A DNA stretch of 63,605 bases, from NCBI GenBank assembly GCA_003427395.1, contig BFEA01000020.1, forward strand, positions 3,051,886 through 3,115,490, written 5' to 3'. Positions 12,316 through 25,860 of this stretch are shown here, in pieces. Source of the DNA: Chara braunii (taxonomy: Eukaryota > Plantae > Charophyceae). Positions within the stretch are counted from its first letter, which is position 1. Each line of letters begins with the position of its first letter. Both the position numbers and the translations under genes were made by a program. The notes beneath the pieces were generated by a model that had not been told where the DNA came from, did not search any database, and saw nothing but the letters and a program-made list of their open reading frames with translations.

Positions 12316-14210
12316 CACACACACACACAGCAAAAATGGGCCCGTCAACATTCATTAACATCTTCCATTTCTTGCGTCATCGACGAAGACTCCGTGGAAG
12401 GGTGGTGCAGACAAGCTTAGCGTACAAAGAATTCCTGCCTTCTGATGTCACACAGTAGCTGAAAACTAAACCACGCATTGCATGTGGGTGGGAGGCCTCT
12501 GGAAATGGTTGCATTGTAACGTGATGGTTATGGTAAAATACAAGCCCACGGCCCACATACAACGTGCAGTCGCAGAAAACTACACTGTGACAACTGCAAG
12601 CCGGGAAAATAAAATGCCTAAACTTTTCTGCACCGCATCGGTGCGCTGTCTTCTTCAAGCACATTACTTGATGATGTGATGCACGCATACAACAACGAAC
12701 AGAAGCCTCTCACATCCCCTCACCAACCCCACCCCTGCTCCCAAACAAGCGAAGCACCAGTCCAATTCCCACTACGATCGTCGGGCGCCAGCACACATCT
12801 GCAAGATGTCATCTGACAGAATCTCTGACAGGAGAATCGGCAACACTGCAAGAAATGGCGGATAATGGTGGCCTTTTCGTGCCCACAATTCCACCGAAGA
12901 GGAACATCACTGTGTAGTATGAAATGTAGCATTTTCCCTTGATGGCTTTCTACACGGCGGCCGCGTGCTCCTCACCCCCTTTCATAGCCTATGAGAATGT
13001 CCTGTTACGCGTCCGCATGTGCCATTCGAACGCTTTGCTCATTTTGAAACGTGGCGGAAATTCCATAGAGAACGTCTGCCCACAACCGACAATTCCAACT
13101 CGTCGCCACACCGCCACAATGAAACTACACGCGGCGTAGTGGGTCCCAGGCTTCAGTCAGGACAACAAAAAGAAAAGAATTGCCTTCCCTGCCGAGGATG
13201 GTGGAATGAGATAGGTAGGCCAACATTTTTTTCCCATTTTCCCCGTAAGAGGGATTACCCCTTTTTATCCCCACTGGATGTCTCTGGAGACTAAATCCCC
13301 CCTGGATGTCTCAGGAGACTAAGATGGAGAATGTACCTCCTGCCAGAACGTGGAGAGGTGAACACTGTAATAGAGAAGGAATCCAGATGGAGTAAGATCT
13401 GGCCTCGTCATCTCACCACTATAGCAGGTGTATCTTTCCATGCTCTAGTGGAACACAAATGCATTCTCCATTTTGCACATTTGGTGAGTGATGCGCCCAG
13501 GCCCTTGTTTCTCCGGAGAAGATCTGTTGTTCACAGCAGAATTTGCCGTCACGATAGCAAAAACGTTTTACTTGACTACGGCTTGCCACATCTTTTTGCC
13601 CCCCGGCTTGTGCCATCTCTATCTCTTACAAATTCATATCTTTTCGCCTTTCTCCTCTTCTTCTTTCACCCTCTGCACTCTCCTTACGAAGACGCACAAT
13701 GACGACGAGGATACCAAGGATTAGGAGGAAAAAGGACGGGAGCCAGTACCAGAGGAGGGAGAGGTGGGCGTGTGGGAGGAGACTGGCAAATGTACTGGGG
13801 TAGAAGACAAGGTGATGCATGATCATCTGAAGATGAGCGGTGCAGATGTCCAAGGAGCGCCAATGTGATGAACAGGACTCAAAACAATATTAGATAATGC
13901 GATGTAGCGCAGCTAAACTCAAAGATATGACCGGGCACATCAGATCCAGACTCAACTCACACAATCATCATCACACACGTCACACAGCAAGGAGGGAAAT
14001 CATACACAGAAGGGCCTTGCGAACACACATGGGGAGAAACCACGGATGATGAAGGGGGAGGACAGACGAAGATGGAGTGGGGAAATAGGACAAGAGTAGA
14101 ACTTGTAGTCATCCAAGAACTAGTCTCCCCGTCAAATGTCCAACCAATGTCTGTCCTCAAAAATGTCAAATCAGATCCTGGGCTCCACGAACCGAAAAAG
14201 TCACTGCCTG

Positions 14211-14264
<54 letters not shown>

Positions 14265-15043
14265 GAAGAAAAGAGGGAGGAGGAGAAGAAGAAGAAGAAT
14301 AGTGGCTATGGAAGGGCAGAGAAGAATCAGGAGAAGAAGATGAAGAACTCTCCTCTCTCACATGCTCCTGATGATGATGCCACAAATACTGACCCACGAA
14401 GGTGATGACTCACGATGCAGGTCGCTACTGAAGGCCGGTCCATGACTGGTATGAAGTCCCAGCTATGGCGCCCAGGTATCTCTCTTCCCTCGTGGACGTG
14501 GCCTCCGCCAATCTCCCCACTCCAGCCTACTCCTGTACTCCTATAACGCTGCTCAATCACAGCTCTCCCCAAACTGGCGCTGCTCAAGCAGCATGACGCC
14601 CAACTGAGGCTCCAGCCTGAATGTCCTCAAAGTGGAGGACTGCTGAGAGTCATCGGTCTGTGATCAGGACCGTCGGATCTGATGTCCGATCGATGGTCCT
14701 GATTGCAAAAAACGGCCTGCTTGGGTCCCTACCGGACGTCCAGGCAATCCTGCTGATGCAGCAGGGTCCTGAGGACTGCACCAGGCATGAACAGACACAT
14801 GCCTGGTCCAGTCCCACATACAGACAAATCTGAACCTGGGCTACAACGGCCGAAACTGAATCAAGCAGCGGAAATAATAAATGCTGGGGGCCTGGCCTGG
14901 AATATGGCCGTGGGCCTCCAGGTCGCTGACCAAAAATGGGTGCGCTGCCTGAAGTCCTGGAACAACCATCGGGCCCCAAAACAAGGCCAGTGTAGCCGCC
15001 TCAGCATGCTACACAAGGAGAGGGGACTAAGAGGCAGGAGTCA

Positions 15044-15080
<37 letters not shown>

Positions 15081-16586
15081 GGAGATGATAATCAGACGTA
15101 AAACCACAAGATATTTCTCTCGCAAGATGGAGCAAGAAAAAGGACTGGTGTCCGCAAGACTGCAGACTGGCGTTCACAAGACTGGAGATCCTTCTATCGA
15201 TCTAACGCTCTATCAATGTTCATTTATTTCAACGTCAAGATATTTTTGTGAAAAGTAGGAAAATGCGAAGAGTAGGAAAGAAGACTAACAACTGGCACTC
15301 TGGAAGATGATCACGGTTTGCTTCAAGATATGCAAGAGGGACATTGACTGGCTCCAAAGAGAAAGAGAGGATGGTCGGACAGAAAGCAGTTGCATTTGAT
15401 GGAGAATGTACCATCTGCCAGAACGTGGAAAGGTACACAATGTAATAGAGAAGGAAGAGTAAAATCCGGATTGGTTGGGATCATGACGGTCCGACAAACA
15501 TCAAGGTTCAGATCACTTCCTGGTATGTGAGCCATCTACCGACTTCCCCCGGACACAACGCACCCTCATTTTGACTATATGGGACCGGAACGATATCTTG
15601 TCTAGATTTGAAACCACGGTGCATTGTGTTCGATGGAAGATGGTAGTGATGCGGGGACGAATAGACTCCCTGGTCAATCTTGATGGTCCGCCCAATGGAT
15701 CAAGCAAATCGTAGTTTGATTTCTCACATCAAGCATCCAATCTTCAGGCCAAACCATCTGGTCCACTTGCCGTCCAGAGGATTGGTTGGTTGGTACCGGG
15801 ATGATCCGACCAATCGGGAATGACCTCTTTTCCCTTCATGATCAAACATCATAAACGAAGAAGGAAGTGAAGAGGATAACCCAGAGTTTAAAAAGTGACA
15901 AAGTGAAGGGAGTCACCCGGAGTGAAAAGCGAAAAATGAAAAAGTGAAAAACCAAGTGTCCAGACAGCAAGGGAGAGAGAACAAGGCCGACAATGCTCTC
16001 CCCTCTTCTTCTTCCAGTAGACTGACTTCTTCTCCTAAATGCTTCCGGCTCCTGTATTTGTGCTCCATTAGCGCACCTACATTTTGCACATCCGCACACT
16101 GAGACACTTTGAACTTGTATATGGGCGTAATCGTGGTCAGGTGAATTGGGACCTCGCTGTAAAGGCGGTCAAAATTCCTCCTGTGAGCATGGCTTCACTA
16201 AAAGTTTCAATTTTCACTTTCACAAGTAAGCGCAACCACCCAAGGAAGAGGGACTGATTCGAGAGCGATCCAGACAGAGACAAAACCAGATTGTCCCCAA
16301 CCACAGATCATTTATTTATAACAAAAATTTCAGGGAGCCCGGGGACCTCACAATTCAACCCGGAAAAAGGAGCCACTGGAAGCATCACTCAGCTTCGTTT
16401 CCACACGGTGGAACCGGAATCATCAATAGACAACATGTGAGCAAACATTCCTTCGATCAACACCCTAATACTTGACCATTCTCCTACCCATTATCAATCT
16501 TGAATAACATCCACTAGCCCTTAACCCTAAGAACTACTAACTAATCTACCGGCAGCGGTGGCAGAGCCTACCTCAGCTACCGGGTC

Positions 16587-17419
16587 TTAAACCACCAGTA
16601 CACGGCCTCAGCCTTGCAGCAAAATAACTTGCCGCCACAAGAAGTAAAAGGCGGGCTTGGGGGAGGGTCGGAGGACTCGGAGCATAAGAAGGTTTTCAAA
16701 TTTTTGGGCCCATGTCAAATCCGCACGTCCCAAAAAACAAAACATGTGTTGGCCGTGATTGCAGTTGGGTACACTTTTTGGAGTACTCGGTGTGAGTCTG
16801 CCCTCAGTGAGAGCGAAGAACACGGGGAGCACGACTGTCAGACACAAAAAAAGAACAAAAAAAAAAAAAGCCAACAAAGCTTCTGTCAAAGGTTTAAAGA
16901 CGTGAGTTGGGTTGTCTAGGCTCAAATAAAATTTCACTATATGTGGGAGCGTGCTAGCACAACTGTCAGACTCACAAAAAAGAACCAAAAAGAAAAGCCA
17001 ACAAAGCTTTGGCCGTGAAAGTGGTTGGATGCATTTCAATGCCGCTAGTGTGAGTATGCCCTCAGCGAGGACGTTTTGAGCAAGAGGAATATGCGCTGCC
17101 TTGCTGGCAGGGAAAGGAAGAAAAAAACAAAAGGAGAAAAAAAGAAAAAACAGCAACTTTTCCCTCTCCCCGTAATGGTGGTCAGATGCATTCTGGAAAG
17201 TGACCATTTGAGTATGCCCTCCATTACATCCTTCCATGACATCATTGATCTCTGGCATGTTTGTTCCTTTCTTTTTTTTTTTCCTTCAGTCCGACCGCCG
17301 GCACCGGTGCCACTTCCGAAATTCCCACTCCAGGTACCCTCACGCAGAAGGCTCGGAAAAGCGGCGCGCAGTGAGCAGGTAGCTTCGGGATTTTAGGTGC
17401 GGGTGTACTGGTGGTTTAA
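16587..17419. mobile_element. Non-autonomous TIR DNA transposon (MITE-like) bounded by TTAA
   Basis: TTAAACCACCAGTACAC at 16587 and its exact reverse complement GTGTACTGGTGGTTTAA ending at 17419. No transposase inside; internal repeated motifs. Confidence 0.75.
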
Positions 17420-18396
17420 CGACCTAGTGGAGCTAGCTCCCTGTATAATGACACTCTCCCATAGCACCAGTGCCTCCCTCCTAACTGACTGCCCTGGTTC
17501 CCATTTCCGCGCTCTCTAGCCTCCTCCCTACCAACCGAGTGCGCTGGTCCCCCTACTAAGCATAAACTCCTGAATCTATCTCTAACTCTACTCTGCCGTA
17601 CAGCCCCAAGCTACCTACTGCTGAGGTCATTTGAAAATCACCAAACCCCGTGTGCGATGAACCCCTGCCAAGCAGTTGCCTTTGGCCCAGGTTCTGACAA
17701 ACCACCACAACACTCACCTCGACCCTTGGCCGCATTTGGCCCTTCATCGCCAGTCTGCCCAGATGGCCTGTCTGAGACCCCTCTTTACTGCCGCTTTGAT
17801 TTCCGTGTCGGAAAATATGGTCTTCCCTCAAATCGGGCCCGATTCCTGCCAGCCCAGATGACCCAGCAGATAACAGCTCGAGCCACGTGGGTGACATAGC
17901 GCCAACCCTTTCTCCCAGTCTGATCTTCCCGCACAAATCTGATCTTCCGGACCGAGCCAGATTGGCTTCAAGTTCGCATTGAAGAAAAAAAAAATGAAGG
18001 TTACAAGTCTAGAAAAAAGAAAGGTTACAAGTTCAGAAAAACAAAAAGAGATTTGACAGGTAATTGAATTGGTTGGGCTTAAAATAATTTGAAAAAAAAA
18101 CAAAACAAAAGGAGAAGCCCAGAAGATTGAAAAAGCAAAAAAACAAAAGCAAAAAGCGTGACTGATCCGAGAGCGATCAAGCGCACAGAACCAATGCAGA
18201 ACGCAAGAGAAAACCCATGGTGTTCAGATTGTCAATCCAACAGGCCAACTGGAACAGTCCGGGCGCCTGGTACCCATGGCAGTCAAAAAGCAGTGGTGGT
18301 TTAAACCCATTCAGAAAGTTGGGGGACAGTAGGCCGTTTTTTCAAACAGGCAGGTGGCCTCCCCGTAGGTCGGTGTGGGGCCTGGCCTTGGTCCCA

Positions 18397-19066
18397 GAGT
18401 GGCAAAAAATGGAAATACGCCGAATCGGCGCGGCGATTATTTGGCCAGCAAGATATTTTTATTTTATTTTTTCTGATATTTTTCCTGGGAAGATCAGGAA
18501 CCAATCTACAGGCCCTCAAAATTTTTAGAATTTTCTGTGAATTCTTCTGAGCACGAAAAATCACCAAAGTTTGCGTACTTCTTCTGTTAGCTGACACATG
18601 CTAGAGTGGCAAAATGGAAATGTGCCAAATCAGTGCAGCAATTATTTAACGGGCAAAATGTCTTTTTTTTTCCTGATATTTTCCCTAGAAAGATCACGAG
18701 CTAATCTACAGATTCTCAAATATTTAGAATTTTCTGTGAATTCTTCTGGGCACGAAAACTCACCGAAGCTGCCGTATTTCTTCTGTTAACCACACATGGT
18801 AGAGTGGCAAAAATGGAAATGCACCGAATCAGCACCGCGATTATTTCCCGGGCAAAAAAAAAAAAAAAATCCCTGATATTTTTCCTGGATCACGACCTAA
18901 TCTACGGACCCTCAAAATTTTAGAATTTTCTGCGAATTCTTCTGAGCACGAAAAATCGCCCAAGTTGCCGGTCTGAAATTGTGGGACTAGACCCACCGGT
19001 TGGCAGCACAAAAATGGCCAAAGTCACCGGTCTGAAATTTTGGGACTAGGCCCACCGGTTGGCAAC
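18397..19066 (+). repeat. Three ~200-bp tandem units followed by two ~60-bp-period units (likely subterminal repeats of a DNA transposon)
   Basis: gagtggcaaaa(a)tggaaat...ctgatatttt...tttagaattttctg(t/c)gaattcttctg.gcacgaaaa near 18397, 18603 and 18801; ccggtctgaaatt.tgggactag.cccaccggttggca twice. Confidence 0.85.
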
Positions 19067-20809
19067 GGTCACCGCCCCCCTTGAAAACCCCCCCTGAACT
19101 CACCGGGAGGGCACTTTCCAGGCGGAGGGTAGAGGGGTGGTTTCAGCTCTTCAAACCTACCAACTAAAAATACTAAAACTAAAAAAAGAATCGAATAGCT
19201 CTTTTCTATGAGGACACTTACCTTCCCCCCAGACTTCATCGTTCCATTCGAGCCACCAGCCAGGTAACAGCTGGTGATGCTAAACACTGCTAAGGGGAGG
19301 CAAAGTAGCATTATACGTTTCTTTTTGCTTTTTCTTCATTGACGACGACCATGACGTATCATCGTGGAACTGACCGGCCCAAGGTAATTCAAGAGATTCA
19401 TTCGACTAGCTCCATCCGGATTCGAGCTTACGTCTGTATTTCAACAGTTCACGAGAGTACCAGCTGCGTCAACAGTTCACGAGAGTACCAGCTGCGCTAG
19501 GCGCCATTGATGCACTATACGTTCCCGCACCGCTCTTTTTTATTTTCCCTCCTCTTCTTTTTATTCCCCCCCCCGCCCCCTCCCCCTCTTCCTTTTTTTG
19601 GATGTAAGATGCACTTCTTATCTTTTCCCCCTATTGAATGATCTTCCAATTCTATCTATTTGGATGTTGAATGGAGAAAACAGTAGACCTTGTAGCAGTG
19701 CAACCCTTTTTTGAAATTTCAGTATGAGAAAGAGTACTTAGGAATCTGGAAAGTCATTAGCTGAGACTTCCCGCAGGCAAGAGCCTATATGCTAAGCTGG
19801 CTAATGTTGTCAGTACTCCCGGTTGAATTGTGAGGTCCCCAGCTTCGAATGATTTTTTTAATAAATTGATTTTGATTTGGAAAAGGGAAAAAAAAAAAAA
19901 AAAAAAACACAGAAGAGACACGATCTCGAGAGCACCAACTAAGGGCATACTCACCTAGGACTTCTTTCCGTGTATCTCATCACAATTACGCCCGAGTCTG
20001 GATGTATCTGAGGGCAACTACGGCCGGAGGTCAGTCGATAAAGTTCTAGTGCTCTAAAGATCCATCCATAAAAGATAATGCCCTGCTTGGCTTGCAGGAA
20101 AAACGGGCACCAACCTCCCTACCGCCTTCCGGTTGGAAGCAGTCACAATGAGGGTGTTCGGGGGAAGACGGTAGGTCGGCCTCCATCGCTGATGTGTGTC
20201 CATTCTCCGAACCTTCCTGTCCTCCATCCCAGTTAACCCTCGGTCTTTCCTTCATCTCGTACGTCCTCATCCGCTCTCGTTATCCTGCCTACCTCCCTCC
20301 TAACCCATACCCTACTGACACTATGCCCACTATGCCCAGTTTGCCCGTTAACTCGTTATCCTGCCTGCCACCCTCCTAACCCATACCCTACTGACATTAT
20401 GCCCAGTTTGCCGTTAAATCTTTATTTCATTAAAACAATAAACCTTCCTGTCCTCCTTCCCCGTGAACCCTCAGTCCTTCCTTTCCCATGTACGTCCTCT
20501 TCCTCTCTCGTTAAACCTTCCTCATCACAATATCTTACCTACATATATATACAGGTAAGATACTGCGATGAGGAAGATTTACCGAGAAGAGAATTATATA
20601 CATATATCATACATAATACATATACATACATATGTATTGTCGCAAAGTTATCAGAGCGCAAAAGCGGAAAAAACAAAGGGAACAAAAAAGATATCAATTC
20701 ATGTTTTATCTTCTTACTTACAACTTTGCCTGTTCAGAACCTCTTGCGTACGGCCGCCCACGTGCCCGGTCACCCTTAGGCAGAGAGGGAGAAGAACACA
20801 ACAAACGAG

Positions 20810-20900
20810 GGGCTGTGACAGCCTGTATTGTCGGAGATTCACCCACTCATCAGCAGCCTGTATAGTCAGTGAAACTCCGACGAAACAGTTTGTCACAGCC
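20810..20900. ncRNA. Two degenerate head-to-head hammerhead ribozyme copies
   Basis: Minus: ggctg-CTGATGA-gtggg-tgaatct-ccgac-aata-caggctg-TC-acagcc. Plus: ctgtata-gtcag-tgaaact-ccgac-GAAA-cagtttg-TC-acagcc. Each copy retains the core half that the other has lost. Confidence 0.6.
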
Positions 20901-21024
20901 CCTTGTTTGTTGTCCTCTTCTCCCTCTCTGCCTACGGTTTACCAGACAGTTCTGTTTGACGATATATACATATCTTTTTTGCTTTCTTTTGTTTTTTTTC
21001 GCTTTTGCGCGCTGGTAACTTTGT

Positions 21025-21395
21025 GATGATACGTCTTGGTTGCAGAATTCATCACCTATGCCATCAACATTATCGATCTATTGCAGCCGTCGCCGTCTGT
21101 GCCGAAGGGTGTCCAACATTTCCTCATTATACACATCCCTATCACCCAGATATCCGTTGTCCCTTTCGTGCTCAAGGACGCTATCAGGACTGCATGACGC
21201 CGCACTGTGATGAACGTCCTGCTGTTTTTTTAACATGTGGACAGCATGTCCTTTGTCAGGACTGTTTTGATGGGATGGTCCGTGCTAGACGTCCTGCTGA
21301 ATGTTGTGCTGAAGTAGCTCTCCTTGGGTATCCTTGTGTCATCCTCAGCGTGCCAGCCCTATCTCCCGGGGTGGGGGCTCCTCTTCCTGACTGGT
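21025..21395 (+). pseudogene. Inverted partial copy of the PLE RING-like finger region
   Basis: ORF 21005-21427 contains LGCRIHHLCHQH...CPF...CMTPHCDERPAVFLTCGQHVLCQDCFDG, near-identical to the 25455-25860 peptide. Confidence 0.85.
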
Positions 21396-24300
21396 CAATA
21401 GAATCAAGCGATCAGGAGCAACACTAATTGTAGGACAGATAAAAGAAAGAAAAAAAGTACAAATTTCTGGAGAAAAGAAAAAAAAAAAAAACAAGAAAAA
21501 AGGAAAAAAAGAAAAAAATATGTTGAACTTTGTAGTGACAGTGGCAATTGGTTTATCTGTGGGATGTGTTATTTGCTTTCTTCCTTTGTCTTTTCTTTGA
21601 CCTTTCTCTTTCTCTTGCCTCTGTGAGGTCTGGTTTCCTCCTCCTTTTCTTTACCTCTTTGCCTTCTGGCTGCGTTCAAGTGGGTCCTTGTGACACACGG
21701 GGATGGGGGCAGCCAGCGCTCAACCTGTCATCCACGTGGCTGGCCTTGAACGTAAGAGGTGATGAACAGGTGGGGCTTTCCTTCCTTACTTCTTTTCCTT
21801 TCCTTGTTTTGCTTTTTTTCGCCTTCGTGCTCTGATTCACAGTGTGACAATATCTATATATATATATAGTCAAACAGGACTCCCGGTAAACCGTAGGCAG
21901 AGAAGCAGAAGAGGACAACAAGTCTGTCACAGCTCCTCGTTCGCTGTCCTCTTCTCCCTCTCTGCCTACGGTTTACCGGGCGGTTCTGTTTGACACTATA
22001 TACATATATATTACTTCCATATGTTTACATATCAATATATAGACTTCCTTACCGCATTCCTTCTCTCTTTACTCATGCATTGCCTCTCCTTTCTCATTTC
22101 CAGATTGTTCAATCCTCAGTTCCATCCTTCGGGTGACATTATGGCGGTTGGGGAGAGAGGACAAGGGGTGCTCATGTCAGCAGGGTGAGAGTTGAGAGGG
22201 CTGTTCCACTTGGAGGGGGTGGAGCAGGAAGGAAGGGGGATCTTCGGCTCTGCAGGGGCGTACTTCAGGGCGCACTATATGCGACTGAGGGAGCAGGAGA
22301 GGTATTCTGGGGGCTGTTCTGAACTGGAGTGGGGAGGTGAGGGGGCGCCTTCCCGCAGAGGCAGTGAACAGACAGGGGGTTGTCTTTTGGGGGAGAGGAG
22401 TAATCCCTTTGGTTCTTGTGACCCCTTTACATGTAACTGAGACTTCAATAGGCGCTGAGTCTCCATGGGATTTCCCCTCATCCTGTGGGAATAGTAGGCG
22501 CTGAAATGCTCATGTGATTTTTTGGAATCTTTTGATTTCCTGTTTTTCCTAATTGAAAAATTATTCCAAGAAAAAAGAAATGCACAGCCGTTAAAATCGG
22601 AACGATGCACAGGGCACTCACAAATCGAGAAATGGTCCAATCCTAAATTTCCGCACTTCAATTCCTCCATTAGTCCTCCTTCCTCCTTACCCTGCTTTTT
22701 CTACGTCCGATGAAACTCCCATTGCGAGTCATTACAACCTCTCCTCCTTTCTCTTCCTCCCTCTCCCTTTTCCTTAAACCTTATAAACCTCCTCCACTCC
22801 TACCTCGCTTTCCTCTTGACTCTTTACCTACTTTCACCTCCCCTGTCCTTAATCCTTCTACACCTCCTCCACTCCTAACTTCCTTCTCCCTTTCGGTTTT
22901 TGACCTACTCTTCTCTCTCCCTCCCTTCCTCCCTTCTTGCTCCCTTTCTTTCATTCCTCTTCCCCATTTCATACCCCATAGCTCACCTTCTTCCTTTCCT
23001 CCCTTTTGTTCTTTGATTGCCTGGGAGGGAATCGCCACCCCTCCAGATCAGGGAGAATAAGGGATCTTGGATCCTATCCAAGACAACCTGGCGCTCTTGG
23101 CTATATATATTTGCAGACAAGAGTTTTGTCCTGGGTGGTCTTGTCCCGTTGTTTGGCCTGTGCAGGAGGGCCGGTGCTTGCATGTGGGACTTGTCATCTA
23201 GGATCTGTTTTTGGTGGTGTTGCTTGTTGCTCCCTGTTTTGTTGTATTTGGCTGTTCCCTTCCTCTTTTCTTTGCCTCTTTGCCCTTTGGCTGTGTGCAA
23301 GTGGGTCGATATGACACACGCGGGTGGGGGCAGCCGCCGCTCAACCTANNNNNNNNNNNNNNNNNNNNNNNNNNNNNNNNNNNNNNNNNNNNNNNNNNNN
23401 NNNNNNNNNNNNNNNNNNNNNNNNNNNNNNNNNNNNNNNNNNNNNNNNNNNNNNNNNNNNNNNNNNNNNNNNNNNNNNNNNNNNNNNNNNNNNNNNNNNN
23501 NNNNNNNNNNNNNNNNNNNNNNNNNNNNNNNNNNNNNNNNNNNNNNNNNNNNNNNNNNNNNNNNNNNNNNNNNNNNNNNNNNNNNNNNNNNNNNNNNNNN
23601 NNNNNNNNNNNNNNNNNNNNNNNNNNNNNNNNNNNNNNNNNNNNNNNNNNNNNNNNNNNNNNNNNNNNNNNNNNNNNNNNNNNNNNNNNNNNNNNNNNNN
23701 NNNNNNNNNNNNNNNNNNNNNNNNNNNNNNNNNNNNNNNNNNNNNNNNNNNNNNNNNNGGAAAACTCTACAGACTGTCGGTTCACACCCCATCACAAGCC
23801 AGCAAAACATCCACGAAACAAAGAAAGGTCTGTCACAGCCAAAAAATATATAGATATATAGATATATATCGTCAAATAGATATATATTGTCACATTGTGA
23901 ATCAGAGCGCAGAAGTGAAAAAAAGGGGAAAGAAAAAAGGAAAAGGAAAAAAGGGGAAGGGGAAGAGGTAAGGAAAGCTCCACCTGTTCATAAACTCTTA
24001 CGTACAAGGCCAGCCACGTGGATGACAGGTTGAGGAACTGCCCGGTAAACCGTAGGCAGAGAGAGAGAAAAGGGCAACAATATATATATATATCGTATAT
24101 GTCACAATGGAAATCAGAGTGCAAAGGCGAAAAAGACAGAACAAGAAAAAGAAAAAGAAGGAAGGAAAGCCCCACCTGTTTGTCACCTCTTACATACAAG
24201 GCCAGCCACGTGGATGACAGGTTGAGCGCTGGCTGCCCCCATCCCCGTGTGTCACAAAAACCCACTTGCCAGCCAAAAGGCAAAGAGGTAAAGAAAAGGC

Positions 24301-24529
24301 GGAGGAAACCAAACCTCACAGAAGAAGAAAGCCTATNAAACAGACGAAGCAAGTGACACATCCCACAGATAATCCAATTACCATCCCACAGAACATATTT
24401 TTCTTTTTTCTTTTTTCTCAGGTTTCTTTTTTTGTGTTTTTCCTTGGTTTCTTCTTTTATTTATTTATTTATTATCTTTTTACTCGTTTTTTTTTTTTTA
24501 ATCTGTTTCTTCTACACTTCATATGTCAC

Positions 24530-24810
24530 CCCCTCGGCAGATAGGACAACTACGGTGAGGATGAAGGGGATGTTCACAGGGATACCCAAGGAGAGTTGCG
24601 CTAGTACAGCATTCAGCCGGACGGCTAGCACAAACCATCCCATCGAAACAATCCCGACAGAGGACATGTTGCCCACATGTCAAGAAAACAGCAGGACGTT
24701 TGTCACAGTGCCGGCATCATGCAGTTCTGATAGCGTCCTTGGGAACAGAAAGGACAACGTACATCTGGATGATAGGGATGTGCACAATGAGGAAATGTTA
24801 GACACCCTTC
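24530..24810 (-). pseudogene. Partial copy of the PLE RING-like finger region
   Basis: DNA homology to 25480-25750 (ggacggctagcac..accatcccatc.aaaca). Confidence 0.8.
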
Positions 24811-24973
24811 CGCTGTTCAGAACCTCTTGCGTACAAGGCCGCCCACGTCGATGTAGGTTGAGCGGCGGCTGTATACTCTGCCTACGGTTTACCCGGCAGC
24901 TCTGTATGACTATATATATATTGTCACAATGGAAGCCAGAGCCCAAAGTCACACTGTAAATCAGAGCGCAAAG

Positions 24974-25041
<68 letters not shown>

Positions 25042-25454
25042 AAGGTACAAGGCCAGCCACATGGATGACAGGTTGAGCGCTGGCTGCCCCCATCCCCGTG
25101 TGTCACAAGGACCCACTTGCACGCAGCCAAAGGGCAAAGCGGTAAAGAAAAGGAGGAGGAGACCAGACCTCGCAGAGGCAAGAGAGAGAGAGAGAGAGGG
25201 ATCCAATCAAAGAAAAGACAAGGGAAGAAAGTAAATGACACATCCCACAGATAAACCAATTGCCACTGTCACTACAAGGTTCAACATGTTCTTTTATTTT
25301 CTCTCTTTCTTTCTTCTTGTTTTCTTTTTCTTTTCTTCAGAAATTTGTACGTTTTTTAATTCTTTCTTTCTTTTTCTTTTTTGTTTCAACTTTTTCTTTC
25401 TTGTTTCTTCAACTCCACATCTGTTGCTCCTGATCGCTTGATTCTATTGATCAG

Positions 25455-25860
25455 TCAGGAAGAGGAGCCCCCACCCCGACAGATAGGACAGGCACGCTGG
25501 GGATGACGTGGATGTTCACAAGGATACCCAAGGAGAGCTACTTCGGCACAGCATTCAGCAGGACGGCTAGCACGGACCATCCCATCAAAACAGTCCTGAC
25601 AAAGGACATTCTGTCCACATTTCAAAAAAACAGCAGGACGTTCATCACAGTGCGGCATCATGCAGTCCTGATAGCGTCCTTGAGCAGAAAAGGGACAACG
25701 AATCTGCGTGATAGGGATGTGTACAATGAGGAAATGTTGGACACCCTTCGGCACATACGGCGGCGGCAATAGATTGATAATGTTGATGGCATAGGTGATG
25801 AATTCCGCAGCCAAGAAGCACCGCGTCCCTGTCCCGACAGGTGTCACACGAGAGTCGATC
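25455..25860 (-). pseudogene. Tandem RING-like zinc fingers at the C-terminus of the PLE protein
   Basis: CDTCRDRDAVLLGCGIHHLCHQH...IRCPF, then CMMPHCDERPAVFL(K/T)CGQ(N/H)VLCQDC...CPICRGG. This follows the RING-HC pattern C..C...CGH..C..C...CPxCR with a Cys/His-rich insertion. Confidence 0.72.

Noticed and set aside
12377-13100. piggyBac-like transposase remnant on the minus strand
   Set aside because: Only a faint resemblance (HQVMCLKKTAHRCG...DCTLYVGRG) with no clear catalytic motifs; not supportable without a profile search.
15043-15079. Poly-G tract as a G-quadruplex element
   Set aside because: A pure homopolymer in a gap-filled short-read assembly; length and reality are uncertain.
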